DNA of 64,000 nucleotides, from the NCBI RefSeq assembly GCF_009914755.1, contig NC_060928.1; one strand, 5' to 3'. Position numbers and translations under genes: made by a program. The DNA is from the human T2T-CHM13v2.0 reference genome, Homo sapiens. Shown here piece by piece: positions 29,248 to 42,300 of the stretch (position 1 is the stretch's first letter; every line of letters starts with the position of its first letter). Under the pieces are notes generated by a model that searched no databases, was not told where the DNA came from, and worked only from the letters and a program-made list of their open reading frames with translations.

Positions 29248-31129
29248 AAAAACAAACTTAATTACAAATTTTTTGAAAATTAAGGAGTTTAGACTCAAAA
29301 AGTGTTAGCAAGAATACATATTGCACATATTTGTATAATATACAAGTCATCTGACATTTTTGGGTAGGAAATATCTTTTGGTAGGAGAGTAATAAAGCAT
29401 AATTAAGTAAAACCCTTTAAGTATATTAATGTATAATTTTATCATTTATGAAGGAAGTCTTTGAGTCATATGTTCTACCTAATTTTGAACATTTTAAAAT
29501 CAATAGAAAGTGAACACATTTTAACATTTTCTAAGGAATTTAAAATAATTGCATAATGTTTTACATAATACACTACACCGATTTATAAGTATCTGAAACA
29601 GGACTTAGTGCTGTTTGAATGAGTACTGATTCCAGCCACTGTCCTTACAAATGCTGGCTTGTAAAAGTACTCAGCAGAACCTTGAATTGGGATCACTTTA
29701 TTTTTCCAATGAGGAAACTGATATCATGGGGGGAATATAAACTTGTCCAAGGTCACCTGCTAAGACGTGATGGTGCAAAGATAAAAGTTCAAGTCATTTT
29801 CTTTGCCAGGTCTAAGTGTTTCTACCCCACCAAGCCACCACCTGAGGCACTTGTCACAATGTAAGGTTGTGAGAGCAATGTGCTTGTGGAATGGGAGAGT
29901 AATAATCAGTACGTGGACCAATTAGCTGTTATGACCTTAGTAAAATCACTTGAATAACTCAGGTCCAGTTGTCTCTTCCGAAAATAAAGAAAGGAGACCA
30001 AATGATTTTTAAGATCCATTGAGATGTAACGTGTCTATGATCCAAGAATATATTCTGACACAAAAAATTCGTTTATATGAGTGACATGATAAACACAATG
30101 TTGTCTATATTGTTGCCATTGTGTTAAGGACTTGTACCACTTTGAGTGCAAACAAGTTTCTCAACCTTCTAAGTTCAGGGATTGTGCTTTTACTTGAAGA
30201 TAGGCTAGGAGGGCATCATTGGAAGGAACATTTGCATGTATTTGGGAACATACCCAGCACTTGGCTGTATAGTTTCCCTTGGGGGAATTCAGTAGACACA
30301 GCATAAAACTGATCTTTAAAGTTCTAAAAGCTTTTTATAGAACTGGCTTCCTAGTTCTTTAAAGCCTTTTGACTTTTGTTTGGCTCAGGGAATTACAAGA
30401 TGATTAGGAAATTCTTTTTGTATCTCCCATCATAAAACAGGCTCTATGTATCTTAACATGTTATAGAACAGGAATGTGACTGATTTGGTAGGCATTAAGT
30501 CTCTTATCCTAATCTGGTGGTCTTGAAAAATAAAAATCTTCCCATTGTAGAGGTAATAATATTGAGCTCGGAAGATTTACTACTTTCTCCAGGAGAAGAA
30601 AACTGCAGCTAGAGAACAGATCAACTTAAAGCCTGGTAATACTTTACTCAAAGCATGGTAATATGTTTTTTTGTGTGTGTAAAATCTCTAAAATGATAGT
30701 ACAGCCAAGGCGGTATCTGTTTCCAGTAATTTTACCGTATTTGAAGATGGGAAGAACCTATAAATTTCTAATATTAATTTATTAGTTTATCTTATAGAGA
30801 TATAACTATGTATTTTTTATTTTAAAAACATTAAAATTCAACTATTATACATATACTATGTTCCCCGTAGAAAAATGAGAAAATACAAATACATTGACAT
30901 TTATACATAAATCAACCATAAGATGTATGACTTTTTAAATAAATGAGCAAATATACAGGACCTACCCCATTTAAAAATGTGTACAGTTAGAGAGAATTCA
31001 CACTTCCAAAGCTCTCAATCATCTATAACCATTTTTTATGATTGGAAGAAGTACCAGGTAGAGATAGAACAGAACCATAACACAGATTAGAATGAGCAGC
31101 TGAAGTAGCCAAGATCAGAAGTGATTAGG

Positions 31130-31673
31130 TCAAATGGTATTTCTAGTATCCCATTACTGGGTATATACCCAAATGACTATAAATCATGCTGCTATAAAGA
31201 CACATGCACACGTATGTTTATTGCGGCATTATTCACAATAGCAAAGACTTGGAACCAACCCAAATGTCCAACAATGATAGACTGGATTAAGAAAATGTGG
31301 CACATATACACCATGGAATACTATGCAGCCATAAAAAATGATGAGTTCATGTCCTTTGTAGGGACATGGATGAAATTGGAAATCATCATTCTCAGTAAAC
31401 TATCGCAAGAACAAAAAACCAAACACCGCATATTCTCACTCATAGGTGGGAATTGAACAATGAGATCACATGGACACAGGAAGGGGAATATCACACTCTG
31501 GGGACTGTGGTGGGGTGGGGGGAGGGGGGAGGGATAGCATTGGGAGATATACCTAATGCTAGATGACGCGTTAGTGGGTGCAGCGCACCAGCATGGCACA
31601 TGTATACATATGTAACTAACCTGCACAATGTGCACATATACCCTAAAACTTAAAGTATAAAAAAAAAAAAAAA
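31130..31673 (+). mobile_element. Young L1 (L1HS/L1PA2 boundary, GCG/A type) with an 18-nt 5' inversion
   Basis: Intact ORF2 C-terminus (IPLLGIYP..KHRIFSLIGGN*). GCG at 31568-31570, pure A tail. 13-bp TSD agaagtgattagg at 31117-31129 and 31674-31686. Confidence 0.95.
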
Positions 31674-31974
31674 AGAAGTGATTAGGAAGTCACAATTCTA
31701 CCAACCTGGGAAAAGATACGCAAAGAAATAGGCAGGAGATGGTGTAGCTTTGTCCCCTTAAAAGCACTGGTGTTGTTCAATTTTGTAGCACTTCCAATGA
31801 CTATGTAATGAACATTGACTGTGCACCAGTATGGTCTAGGCACTGGATTACGATAATAAACAACAAAAAACCCATAATTATTTTAAAAAGTTTATATTCC
31901 ACTTTTACAGACATTTGTAAATATTCTATGTTATTTTAGGTAGTGGTAATTTTTATGGAGAAAACTACAATGCC

Positions 31975-32077
31975 TCCCAGCTTGTGTGGGACAGTTTGGA
32001 TTTGTGCCTGTTTTCCTGCTGTGATGATTAAGATTGCCTCTTTTTACTCTCAAAAATGTCCTAGTTTTGGTGACCCT
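31975..32077 (+). mobile_element. MER94-like hAT-Blackjack fossil
   Basis: gggacagttt..tgcctgttttcct..tttactctcaaaaatgtcc..ggtgaccct resembles the recalled MER94 consensus. Confidence 0.55.
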
Positions 32078-32531
32078 CTCTGTAAAAGAAATTTCAAAAC
32101 AATGATAATATGAAAATATGTATGGGAGGGGTTCTTTTGGACTGGATGATCAGGAAATGTCTCACTAGGTGATATCTGAGCTGAGAATTAAAGTAATCAC
32201 ACAGCTCTTAAGGGTGAATTTGAATTTGAGAGGGGAAAACTGTGTAGTCAAACAAAGACGTAGTTTAGATTCTGACAAACCTGATTTTATACCTCAGCCC
32301 CAGCACACCCTAGGTTTGGTACTTTGGGCTTGGCTCCCTGTGAGATACTCAATAGTATACCTTAAGTCTAATAATGTGATTCAGAAATGAACACATTAAA
32401 TTACATGGGCAAAGAAACTTATATTTATTTATGATATCCTCTCACAATACCATAAAGAAATAATCTATATTTTAAAGCAACTACTGTGCAGTACACACTG
32501 TGTTTGGGTACAGCTGGTTAATTAAGTATTA

Positions 32532-32766
32532 CCGGTTGAGTATCCCTAATCCAAAAATATGAAATCCAAACTGCTCCAAAATCTGAGCCTTTCTGAATGC
32601 TCAATGGACACTCAAAGAAAATGCTCAGTGGAGCACTTTGGATTTCAGATTTTCAAATTAGGAATGCTGAACCAGTATATATTCTGCAAATATTCCACAA
32701 TCCAGAAGAGTCCAAAAACCAAAACACTGCTGATCCAAGCATTTCAATGATGAGATACTGAACCAG
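32532..32766 (+). mobile_element. Tigger4a/MER46-like MITE
   Basis: ccggttgagtatccctaatccaaaaat.. with a degenerate inverted end ..gagatactgaaccag. Confidence 0.8.
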
Positions 32767-34424
32767 GTTTTCTGTCTTTTAGAAGATACTGATCTACCTG
32801 AGATAAAACTTGAACACCTGAATCTGTTCAATATACAGGGTTGACTAGTAATTAAATGCTGAACAATATGGGACAGACAACTTGTACTATCAGAGCTCAA
32901 AAAGAAAATAAATCAATATACATTACAGAATGAAGCAGGGTTCCAAGGAAAGAAAATAGGATCTGAACAGGTGTTTAATTGATAAAATGCAATATTTCCT
33001 ACCTGACCACTCAAAAAGCCATGGAAATTTGCTCCAGGCAGACAACAGGACCCTCTGTTGGGCTTGGCCAGTGGTTTCTGCAGCAATCGGGTTGTCTGGA
33101 CCATTTAGCTTTTTAGCAAAACTTCCTGTTCCTACAAATAATCCCACTAATCCTCTCTCTCCCCAGCTGCTTCCTTGCCTTTCCTGCTTGGCTCCCCTCT
33201 CATAAGCCTCTTTCTTTCTAATTTTTTCAGAGGAACATATTTTACAGTCCCGTTGCTTCACCTACCTTGCCCATTGTCCTTGCCTAAAATTGTCCTTGAC
33301 TGAAATAGTAAGAGATAGTTTTCCTCTGCTTTTTGAAATCTTAGCATATGTTGGTTGGTTGAGTTAACTGCTTCATATTTATTTGCTGTACTGGCAGGTT
33401 GACAGGGCAACTGGGAATCATGAAGAAATAGTTCAGCAGAACCACGAGACTCAGCTCTTAACAAGCACTTAATAAATGTTGGTTGAATGAATAAATGGCT
33501 ATTGTAGTTATTGAAAACTAATACAATTAAAGGCAAGTGAGTTTAAAAATCACAGTCATTTATATAGGTACCTTTCTATTTATTCCTAATTACCAGGAAG
33601 CATAATAATGATTAGGTATTTCAATTATTTTTAGTGAAAATTTAATTTGAATAAAACTAATAGAACATCCTATAGATAACAGATCAGTAATAGCGACAAA
33701 TTTGTTAAACGTGTGCCAGCAACAGAAATAATTGTACAAAGATCCCCATTTTACAGATGCGATGACCCAGCTTAGAGGGGTCATCTAATTGGTCTTCCCA
33801 ATTGTGAGGTTAGGAATTAAAAGCTGGAATTCCAACACAGCTCTATGCTGTGCTGTTGCCTCTCAGAAAGATGGCTGGGGGTTGAGCAGAGAGAATAGCT
33901 CTCCTGGAACACATTTTCAGAATATAAACTTTTTCAGTTATGATGTAATATATTTATATTATTGTCATTAAGACTATGATGAAAAGACATTAGAGGAAGC
34001 AAAACAAAGCCTGATAGTTCAGATATGAGATAAGTAAAGAAGGGTGTCAAATGACGAAATGCTTTTTATGATGATATAGAACGATGAAATGCTCCCTTAT
34101 GCCAAACCTTGGCACAGTACTTCTATGCCCACCCTGGCCACTGATTCAGTCCTACTCTCATATTTGTTCTTCCTGAAGTTGGAAAATAATGATTCACTGG
34201 CCATCCTCAGACATTATTACATGTTGATCTACTGCAGGGTTTTATTCACCCTCCTTTAAAAACATAAAGTGAACATTAGCCCCAAATAAAGAACACCTTG
34301 AGACATCCTGATGTCACTGCTATATCTCTATTAGGAAGGAGAAATAAATAACGTTAAGCATAGAGCCATATTTTGTAGGGACTTGCTAAAAACTGATTTG
34401 TTGGTAAAACTAGTTTATATTGCA

Positions 34425-34515
34425 AATATACATATATATGTATATATATACATATATTATATATATATTTTATATTATATATATATATATACACACACAC
34501 ATACGTAAATATACA
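34425..34515. repeat. Compound (TA)n/(CA)n microsatellite
   Basis: Read directly. Confidence 0.9.
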
Positions 34516-34666
34516 CATCAACGATGATCTCTGTCATGGTCAGTTGGACTTTTCTTCCACAGTTAAGGGAAGCTCCTCAGATCTTACCTTCCCAAGCCCA
34601 CAAATGTATCCCAATACTGGAAAAACAGTGTTGGAAAGAAAATAAACTTCATCCAAGAAAAGATGT

Positions 34667-35064
34667 TGATATGGTTTGGATGTTTTGTCCCCTCCAAATC
34701 TCATGTTGAAATGTGATCCCAGTGTTGGAGGTGGTGGCTAGTGGGAGTTGTTTGGATCATGGGGCTAGATCCCTCATGAATGGCTTGGTGCCCTCCCCAG
34801 TGTAATGAGTTACTGACAGATCTGATTGTTAAAAAGAATCTGGGACCTCCTCTCCTCTTGCTTCCTGTCTTGCCATGTGACACATCTGCTCGCCTTTCAC
34901 TTTCCACCATGATTGTAAGCTTCCTGAGGCCTCACCAGAAGCCAAGAAGATACTGGTGCAATACTTGTACAGCCTGCAGAACCGTATGTCAAGTAAATAT
35001 TTTTTCTTTATAAATTACCCAGCCTCAGGTATTCCTTTACAGCAATGCAAAACAGAGTAACACA
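34667..35064 (+). mobile_element. MSTB-like MaLR solo LTR
   Basis: tgatatggtttggatgttttgtcccctccaaatctcatgttgaaa..ataaattacccagcctcaggtattcc..aacaca. Confidence 0.9.
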
Positions 35065-35589
35065 GCCATCAATGTGCCTAACAAACACAAACCATAGCCG
35101 TATCTCACTGAGTTGTAATAACATCTTCCCATAATAACAAACATCACATTATTTTCAAATATCATTTAATTTAGCTGATTATAATGACATTCTCTCAGAA
35201 TACAGAGTCAGTTTGTTTGAATGTATAGGTTTACTTTACTTCTGGAATGTAAAAAAACATACAGAGAAATATTTGAGAGAAGTTTTACTGTCAAAGTAAA
35301 AGATAAACAATGATAGCAAACGATGTGGTAGAATGATAGGAACCTCTGCATGACCCACAGATATGATTAGCTTGCTCATGCCACTTTCAATATCTTTTGA
35401 GGGGAAGCAACATGACCACTGTGAGTAATTTTAAATAAAAAAGCCCAGTCAGTGGTAATACCAGTGGTGAGTGAATATAAAATAATCAATACTGCTATGA
35501 ACATATTTCTCCTGCTTAGAGTAGCTTTCCCGCAGGTTCCTAGGATGGGGTCAGACAATGGAAGCAGTAGCAGAAACTCTGAAAGTAGG

Positions 35590-35876
35590 AGGAAAATGAG
35601 ACCAGCATTTTTTTCTTCCCTGAGCTTTCTTCCTAACAGGCCTCTGTGGGTAGGCTATATTCCTGTACTCAAGGCCACCACTCTGTCTGGAAGCTTTCTA
35701 GACACAGGTTTCCTCTCCAGGCTCTGGAAATGGTTCCTATCTCTTGCCTCTTCAATAGTTTACTGTTACCAGCTGGAGCATACACATTACCCCTTATTGC
35801 TCCAATATAGAGTCACTTTATCAAATTCTTTTCTGGAGTGTAAGATCTCATTCCTGCCAGAAACAGAACTGATACA
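35590..35876 (+). mobile_element. Old ERVL-type LTR remnant (LTR33-like)
   Basis: 3' end ..atctcattcctgccag..actgataca resembles the LTR33 terminus. 5' boundary uncertain. Confidence 0.5.
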
Positions 35877-36033
35877 GATCACAATCGATGTATAATATCC
35901 TCGGTAGTCTTTGTCTTGTATTGTGAAACTTAAACGTTTCTTTAAGTACTTAAACGAGGCACTGATGTGTAAGTGCTGAAGTTTCTGGTAAGAAAGCTCT
36001 GATTACCTTTAGCAAGAGGGGCAAACGCAGCTC

Positions 36034-36341
36034 TTTTTTTTTTTTTTTTTTTTTTTTTCTTGAGACAGAGTCTCACCCTGTTGCCCAGGCTGGAGTGCAA
36101 TGGCGCCATCTTGGCCACTGCAACCTCCGCTTCCAGAATTCAAGTGATTCTCCTGCTTCAGCCTCCTGAGTAGCTGGGACTACAGGCACCCGCCACCATG
36201 CGCAGCTAACTTCTTGTATCTTTAGTAGAGATGGGGTTTCACCACATTGGTCAGGCTAGCCTCAAACTCCTGACCTGGTGATCCACCCACCTCAGCCTCC
36301 CAAAGTGCCGGGATTACAGGCGTGATCCACCGCACCAGGCC
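36034..36341 (-). mobile_element. Alu (AluS)
   Basis: Full dimer. TSD aaacgcagctcttt / aaatgcaactcttt. Confidence 0.95.
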
Positions 36342-37502
36342 AAATGCAACTCTTTCTATGAACATGAGCTCCTCCCTTTAGACCTCGAGAAACATGTTGA
36401 TTAATTTAGCCAACCAGTCAACAAGTGAGTTTTAAGAGTTTACCATGTCTAAGACTGTGAGATCAGACCACTTACTACTTTAAAGTTATGACAATGATAA
36501 AAACAGTCTTCTTTGGGAAAGAGGCTTTAACCCTGCAAGCTTACCTACTATGCTAATTATAGGAAAAAGAACATAATTTGCAATGTAATAAAACATTAAC
36601 ATGCAAATTTCTTTCTGAAATTAAAGAAGGCAACCAGTAATCTGTATATATAAGTGTTTTGTTTGTTTAAATCAGAGATCATGTAATCAGATTTGGCAGA
36701 AATGGCAGATTATAAGAAGATTAAGCAAGACCATGAATTCCCCACAAACGTCCCTTTAATCCTGATTATAAAGTTAAACAGGACAAAATAATTATCCTGA
36801 TAAAGTTGAAAATGTAAACTCTGTTGGGAAAAGTAACACAGTGCCATAAATTCATTGGCAGTCAAGTGTAAACATCATTTTTCTTTGCTTTCTTTTAGCT
36901 TCAGAATAGGTTTCAATGGAAGAAAGAGCAAAAGAAAACAGTGTAACATGGTGGTATTTTATATGCATTTGAATAATAAAAATTTTACATGATGCTTTAA
37001 GAAATATAATCTTGTTTTATCAGCAAAATTTGAAAGAATAGATTAAAAAGTTGAAAAAAAATAAATCAGCAATAGCATAATTTCAGAGCATGCGGGCCAA
37101 GAGAATATAAACTGTGTATTTGACTGCCACATGTCAGGGCCACTTGAACTGGGAAATAGAAAATCCTGTCATTTTTTTTTTTTTTTTTTTTTTGCCAAGA
37201 TTCAACTTGAATTTTGCTAGTGTTTATTTATGTGAGGTCTTTAGGGGTACTTCCTTTGTGTGAGATGTGTCTGCCCTATGTGTAAATGTGGCTGGGCTGG
37301 GGGATGAGAGAGTACATAGGAGAGAGAGGTTGGAAATATGATTCTGTGTTCTATCATCTCCAGGGAGAAAGAAGAGAACAGAAAATGGAAGGGCACACAG
37401 CCAGAAACAAACTTTGTTCAAGTCTCCGATTTTGCTTAGGATCACCTCTTACCTTCTCTTCAGACTTCAAAAATGTAGTATAAAAAATATTTAAAATATT
37501 TA

Positions 37503-37811
<309 letters not shown>

Positions 37812-40061
37812 GTCTTTATATGACTAGCCTGTGGTGGCTTGACCCACAATAACTTCAGTGATGTCAATTTTAAGGCTGGAAACCACTCAAAGAAAACTTG
37901 TGAAACAAATGGACAAATGTGCATCATCTCTCCCTCTCATCCGTTAATCTAAAGCTCTCTACTTGATGGAATGATGAATTCTTACCTCCTGCTTTTAATA
38001 ATATAATTTCACAAAATTTGAAATACTTTAACACACTAGTTAAACAATTCAGTGTTTCACAGAATTTTTGGGTTTAAATTGCTTTTGCTTCCCTTAGGTG
38101 GAGAATTGAACTTGGACATGCCTATAACTTTCAGACCTGAAGCCTGAAACAGAGCTCCAGGCAATATTCACCTCACACGTATATTTGGGGAATTCTTGAT
38201 AATGGAAAAATGTGTTCAGGTCTTGATTTTTCAAGAAAACAATGTACAGAATATTGAAAAATGTCAAAACAACCTTCAAATAAGTACCCTAAAACATGAC
38301 AATATTAAATTTCACACATAAAGAAGAAACAGTTCAAAACATGATATCTGCAATAACATTCATCCTTCTCAATGGGAGAGCATTCATATGATAGGGTGTT
38401 GTATGGGTTCCTATCATACACAAATAGAAGTGTCGTATTCTTGGAGCAATCCTAAGACCTATCTCCATTTATTTAGGTGTACAAGAATATATTGGGTAGC
38501 ATGAGCCCCATCTAGAATTGAATATGATATGGTACATCAAGAGGCAGATCTCAAACTGAGAAGAAAATAGGAAAATTGATCCTACAGTGAACTGAGGCCA
38601 TTAACTTGTAATATTTGCATATGGATTTCTGTGATTTGCTATACATAACAAATAAACTTTTAAAAAGCATATGTTTTTATGATAAATACAGACATTATAT
38701 ATGTTTGTAAAATACACTCTTTGAGAAGTGATCTGCCATGATAAAAAATATGTAGGAAGTTTCAGGGAAAATAGATGTATCTTATTTTAGCTGGACAAAT
38801 CTTTACTTTTGAATCTGTACTCTCTAAAAAAATTATTTTAGAAATTAAATTAAATTTTTAATTTGTAAGCAATCCTAGACACTGCCACAACTTACATGAA
38901 AAGCTCTCACAAAAGGAAATTGCTTTTCTGTAACTTGTGATAACACTAATAAGACAAATTGAAGGAAAGTTTGTATCCACAAAAATTTCTTTGCACTTCC
39001 AATATTCTATGTTTGTATAAATGGCCCATTGTGGTATCAAATGAGAAGCAGCTGCCAAAAATAAAATTATATATTTTGGAATTAACTTGTTTTCAAATGT
39101 AAAACAAAATCACCGTTTCCTCAGATAACACGATTGACCAAAAAAAAAAAAAAAAAACAAAAATAAAGGGCTTTTTGGTAAAAAGAAAAAAAATCACCCA
39201 AGACATGTTCGTGTTGTTTTAAATTTTTGATAACTACAAAGATACATGCTGATTGCTCAGGATACAATTAGCAGCTGCCTGCATATCCAACCTTAAAGGA
39301 AATTTTTTAAGCTAGTTCAACTCTGTTTCCTACTTCTTCATTAATTACTAGCTAAGGGACTTGAAAGTGTCCTAATGAATTTTACATTAGACTCTGTAAT
39401 ATGAATGGTGTATATTATCACAGCATCTAGTAAATGCATAAATTGGCTTTTCCAAGTCGCATTTTGAGTAGTTGTAAAGATTCTGGCTGGATATCACAAA
39501 ATTTAGTATTAGAGACTGAGCCAAAAAGAATTTTTACAAGAAACAGGTTGCTGCAATCACATTTCTCAGGTCATAAATCTATGTTACTACTTTATGATAA
39601 TCTGTCGGTCCTTGTTCTCAAAGTTCAAAGATGCTGTGCTTCTTCTTTTTTTTTTTTCCTCCTGTGGTTCAAAAAGAAGAAAGCAATCCCACTTACAGTG
39701 ATTTCCAAATATGCATTGAATAAAGCTTAAAATACTACTGCTATACCAGCTTTCCATAATTTCCATATTATAAAGTACCATCCAGTGATAAAGTACCAAC
39801 CACAGTGTTTTGGATTTAATACTTATGGTTTACAGTTTCCCAACCACTTACCATTTTCGTAAAATTCTTTGAAATCAAAAGTTTAAGAAAACTATTCAAC
39901 AAACAGAATGAGCTAGACAGGCAGAAAACTGTACCTAAATCCAGTCAGAAACAGACAGAACCTTAGGATTGCCCTATCAGAGAGGAAAGGACAGACAACC
40001 ATGGAAACCTCATGGAAAGCTTTCTTTTATAAAATATTTCTCTAATTTCATAGCAAGGTAA

Positions 40062-40620
40062 AAGATCACCTCTTGCTCATTTTCAAATGTGACATGATAC
40101 CATAAATGGCACATCATCCTTACTTGAATGTTTAAAGCTAATATGCAGGTAATGTCAAAGTCATAGTGATGGGACTAAACATTTGTAATCTAAAGGTGAA
40201 GACTGCGTGAGAAACACCACAGAGCTCCGAGTTGGCAAAAGTCAGATACAGACTCTCAATGATTATTCCTTAAAGAATATCCAAAGTCACCACAATTCAC
40301 ATTACCTAAAGATTAAAATGCGGATATTAACAGGAAATTAACATTAGGATGTTAACAATCCTCTTAATATCTATTAATATTTGATGATGCTCTCTAAAAT
40401 CATTTGATTGTCAGTTACTCTCTTAAAATGGTTTTCCCTTATTACACTAACATAATTGTATATGCAGTTTAGTTAATTATCGCCAAGACTTTACTTTCTT
40501 AGGTAAAATGTTGCTCAAATTCATCTCTCAGCTTTATATCAGCACAAGATCACCTCTTGCTCATTGTCAAATGTGACACGATATCATAAATGGCACATCA
40601 TCCTTACATCATCCTTACTT
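40062..40620. repeat. Dispersed 64-bp direct repeat pair (40062-40125 and 40546-40620)
   Basis: aagatcacctcttgctcatt.tcaaatgtgaca.gata.cataaatggcacatcatccttactt occurs twice, with 3 substitutions and an 11-bp tandem duplication in copy 2. Confidence 0.92.
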
Positions 40621-41563
40621 ACAGTGTGTGAGTTTCTTTACTCTTTTTTTCTCTTTATTTAGATTAAAGAAAACAAATATAGGTCAGTATTTGAAAAATA
40701 AAGCTCACAACAGTTCTTTATGACCAGAATCAAAGTGTGTGTCCTGTTAACCAAGATTTGTCTCTCAGAAGTTTGATGATCTGTTAAAAAATATATATAT
40801 TATCAGTGTCAAGTATTTTAGTCCCACCTGTCACTAATTTAATGACGGCATTGCCTAGGAATTTCATGAGCAACAAAACTGTTGATTTAGCCTCATAATT
40901 TTGGAACATATTAAAAATATTTTCTTGCTATCAACACTTAGATTTAAATAGAATTTCTATTTCAATCATGAAAATTTTTAAACATTGAAATCCACTGCAA
41001 TGAAACAAATATGAAACCTCACATGGACATTTTACTCTTCAGCTGTTTTCATATTTTGCTCACATTTTGCAAGGAACCCAGAGATCCAAAAGAAATATCC
41101 TTAACTCTTTCCCGGCCAAGCCCTATGATCAAACACATGGGAAATAATCTATGGATTACAATAATCAAACAGTTCTAGAGAATTTCTAAATATCTGCAGG
41201 AAGAAAATCTGTGTGCTTTTCAAGTAAACTGCAGCAATCAGGAAAGAAGAGAAAAACCCCTTGCACAATCATGTATTTAAAAAAAAAATCTTTCTACTCT
41301 GCAGATACTGTTTCCTGAAATTTACCAAGAACACTGCCTTGAAGAGATAAAAAAAATACATCCATAGAATTCAGTTCTACCCCCAAAAGAGCTGCACTGC
41401 ACACATTTTTAGAAACATAAATCTCAGCAAATACAGTTGCATTTTATTGACAACATTAAAAATAATCACAACAAAGAAATAGCCTTTCCTATTCCATTTC
41501 AACTTCATTACCATGCTCTACTAGCCTCTACTAAAAAAAAAAAAAAAAAAAAAAAGTCATTAC

Positions 41564-41651
41564 CTGTATGAAGAGAACCTGTTAATAGTCTGAGAAGGTA
41601 CTGGGCAAATTTCAGTATTTCACGTTTACACCGCTTTCTACAGCCACTCAT
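41564..41651 (-). CDS. KCNIP4: KCNIP4 (Kv channel-interacting protein 4) alternative first coding exon, N-terminus MSGCRKRCKREILKFAQYLLRLLTGSLHT
   Basis: Peptide recognised as a KChIP4 isoform N-terminus, paralogous to KChIP1 MSGCSKRCKLGFVKFAQTIFKLITGTLSK. ATG has A at -3 (AAGATG) and there is an in-frame upstream stop at 41753-41751. 88 nt = 29 codons + 1, then donor CAG|GTAATG. Confidence 0.9.
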
Positions 41652-42300
41652 CTTAAGCAACAAGGTATTCCTCTGAGGAGAGCCAGAAGTCTTTGCCAAT
41701 AATAATAATAATAATAATAAAAAGAGAGTCTCTGAGGAGAAACTTCTGTCTCAGTTTATGCACAGGCTGCCTTACAACTCCTGTGGAATTAGCTGTTAGC
41801 GCCTCAATCAGAAATTCCTTTAAAATGCTAGAGAAGCCAGATACAGCTACAACAGTAACAGGGAGGTGAGAAAACACGGCTTCTCAGTGTGGTGACCAAG
41901 TTCTTCTGTGGCAACAGACAGGCTGCCGGTTCACACTTGTAGTAACCCAGCTCTGGTTCGGCTCGGCATCCCCTCTCCAGAAGCAGTTGCAACCTCACAG
42001 ACCATTCAGAGGGAGGCGGGGCCTGCGATGCCAGCTCATCAGTGAATCAGCATGTAAGCAGGTGAGAAGACAGATGACAGGTCACTGGGTCTGAAACCCT
42101 TCCGATACCAATAAAGGGAACCTGCGAGTGCACTCCAGCCTGCTGGGGAGGAATCTCAGGGCCCGAGGCTGTACAAAATGAATGATTCCCAAAAAAAGGA
42201 GGTGGGGAGAGGGAAGCATGCTGCTCAAGGTCAGACATCAGACAACTCCCTGACACAGTGTTAATCAGATTCAGGAAGGCTACATGGGGGAAAGGCTCAT
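41652..42300 (-). promoter_or_regulatory. Probable 5'UTR and internal promoter of the KCNIP4 alternative first exon
   Basis: Local rise in GC and CpG, GC box ggaggcggggc at 42012-42022, no transposons. The TSS cannot be placed from sequence alone. Confidence 0.6.
41698..41720. repeat. (AAT)7 trinucleotide repeat in the putative 5'UTR
   Basis: Read directly, ~47 nt upstream of the ATG. Confidence 0.9.

Noticed and set aside
31121-31456. 111-aa L1 ORF2 C-terminal ORF
   Set aside because: 5'-truncated L1 with no promoter. The listed start is a GTG in the TSD.
36595-36660. Perfect octamer ATGCAAAT with a downstream TATA-like run as a Pol III type-3 promoter (a Pol III ncRNA has been reported in KCNIP4 intron 1)
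   Set aside because: No PSE found and the spacing is wrong. I cannot place that RNA in this window.
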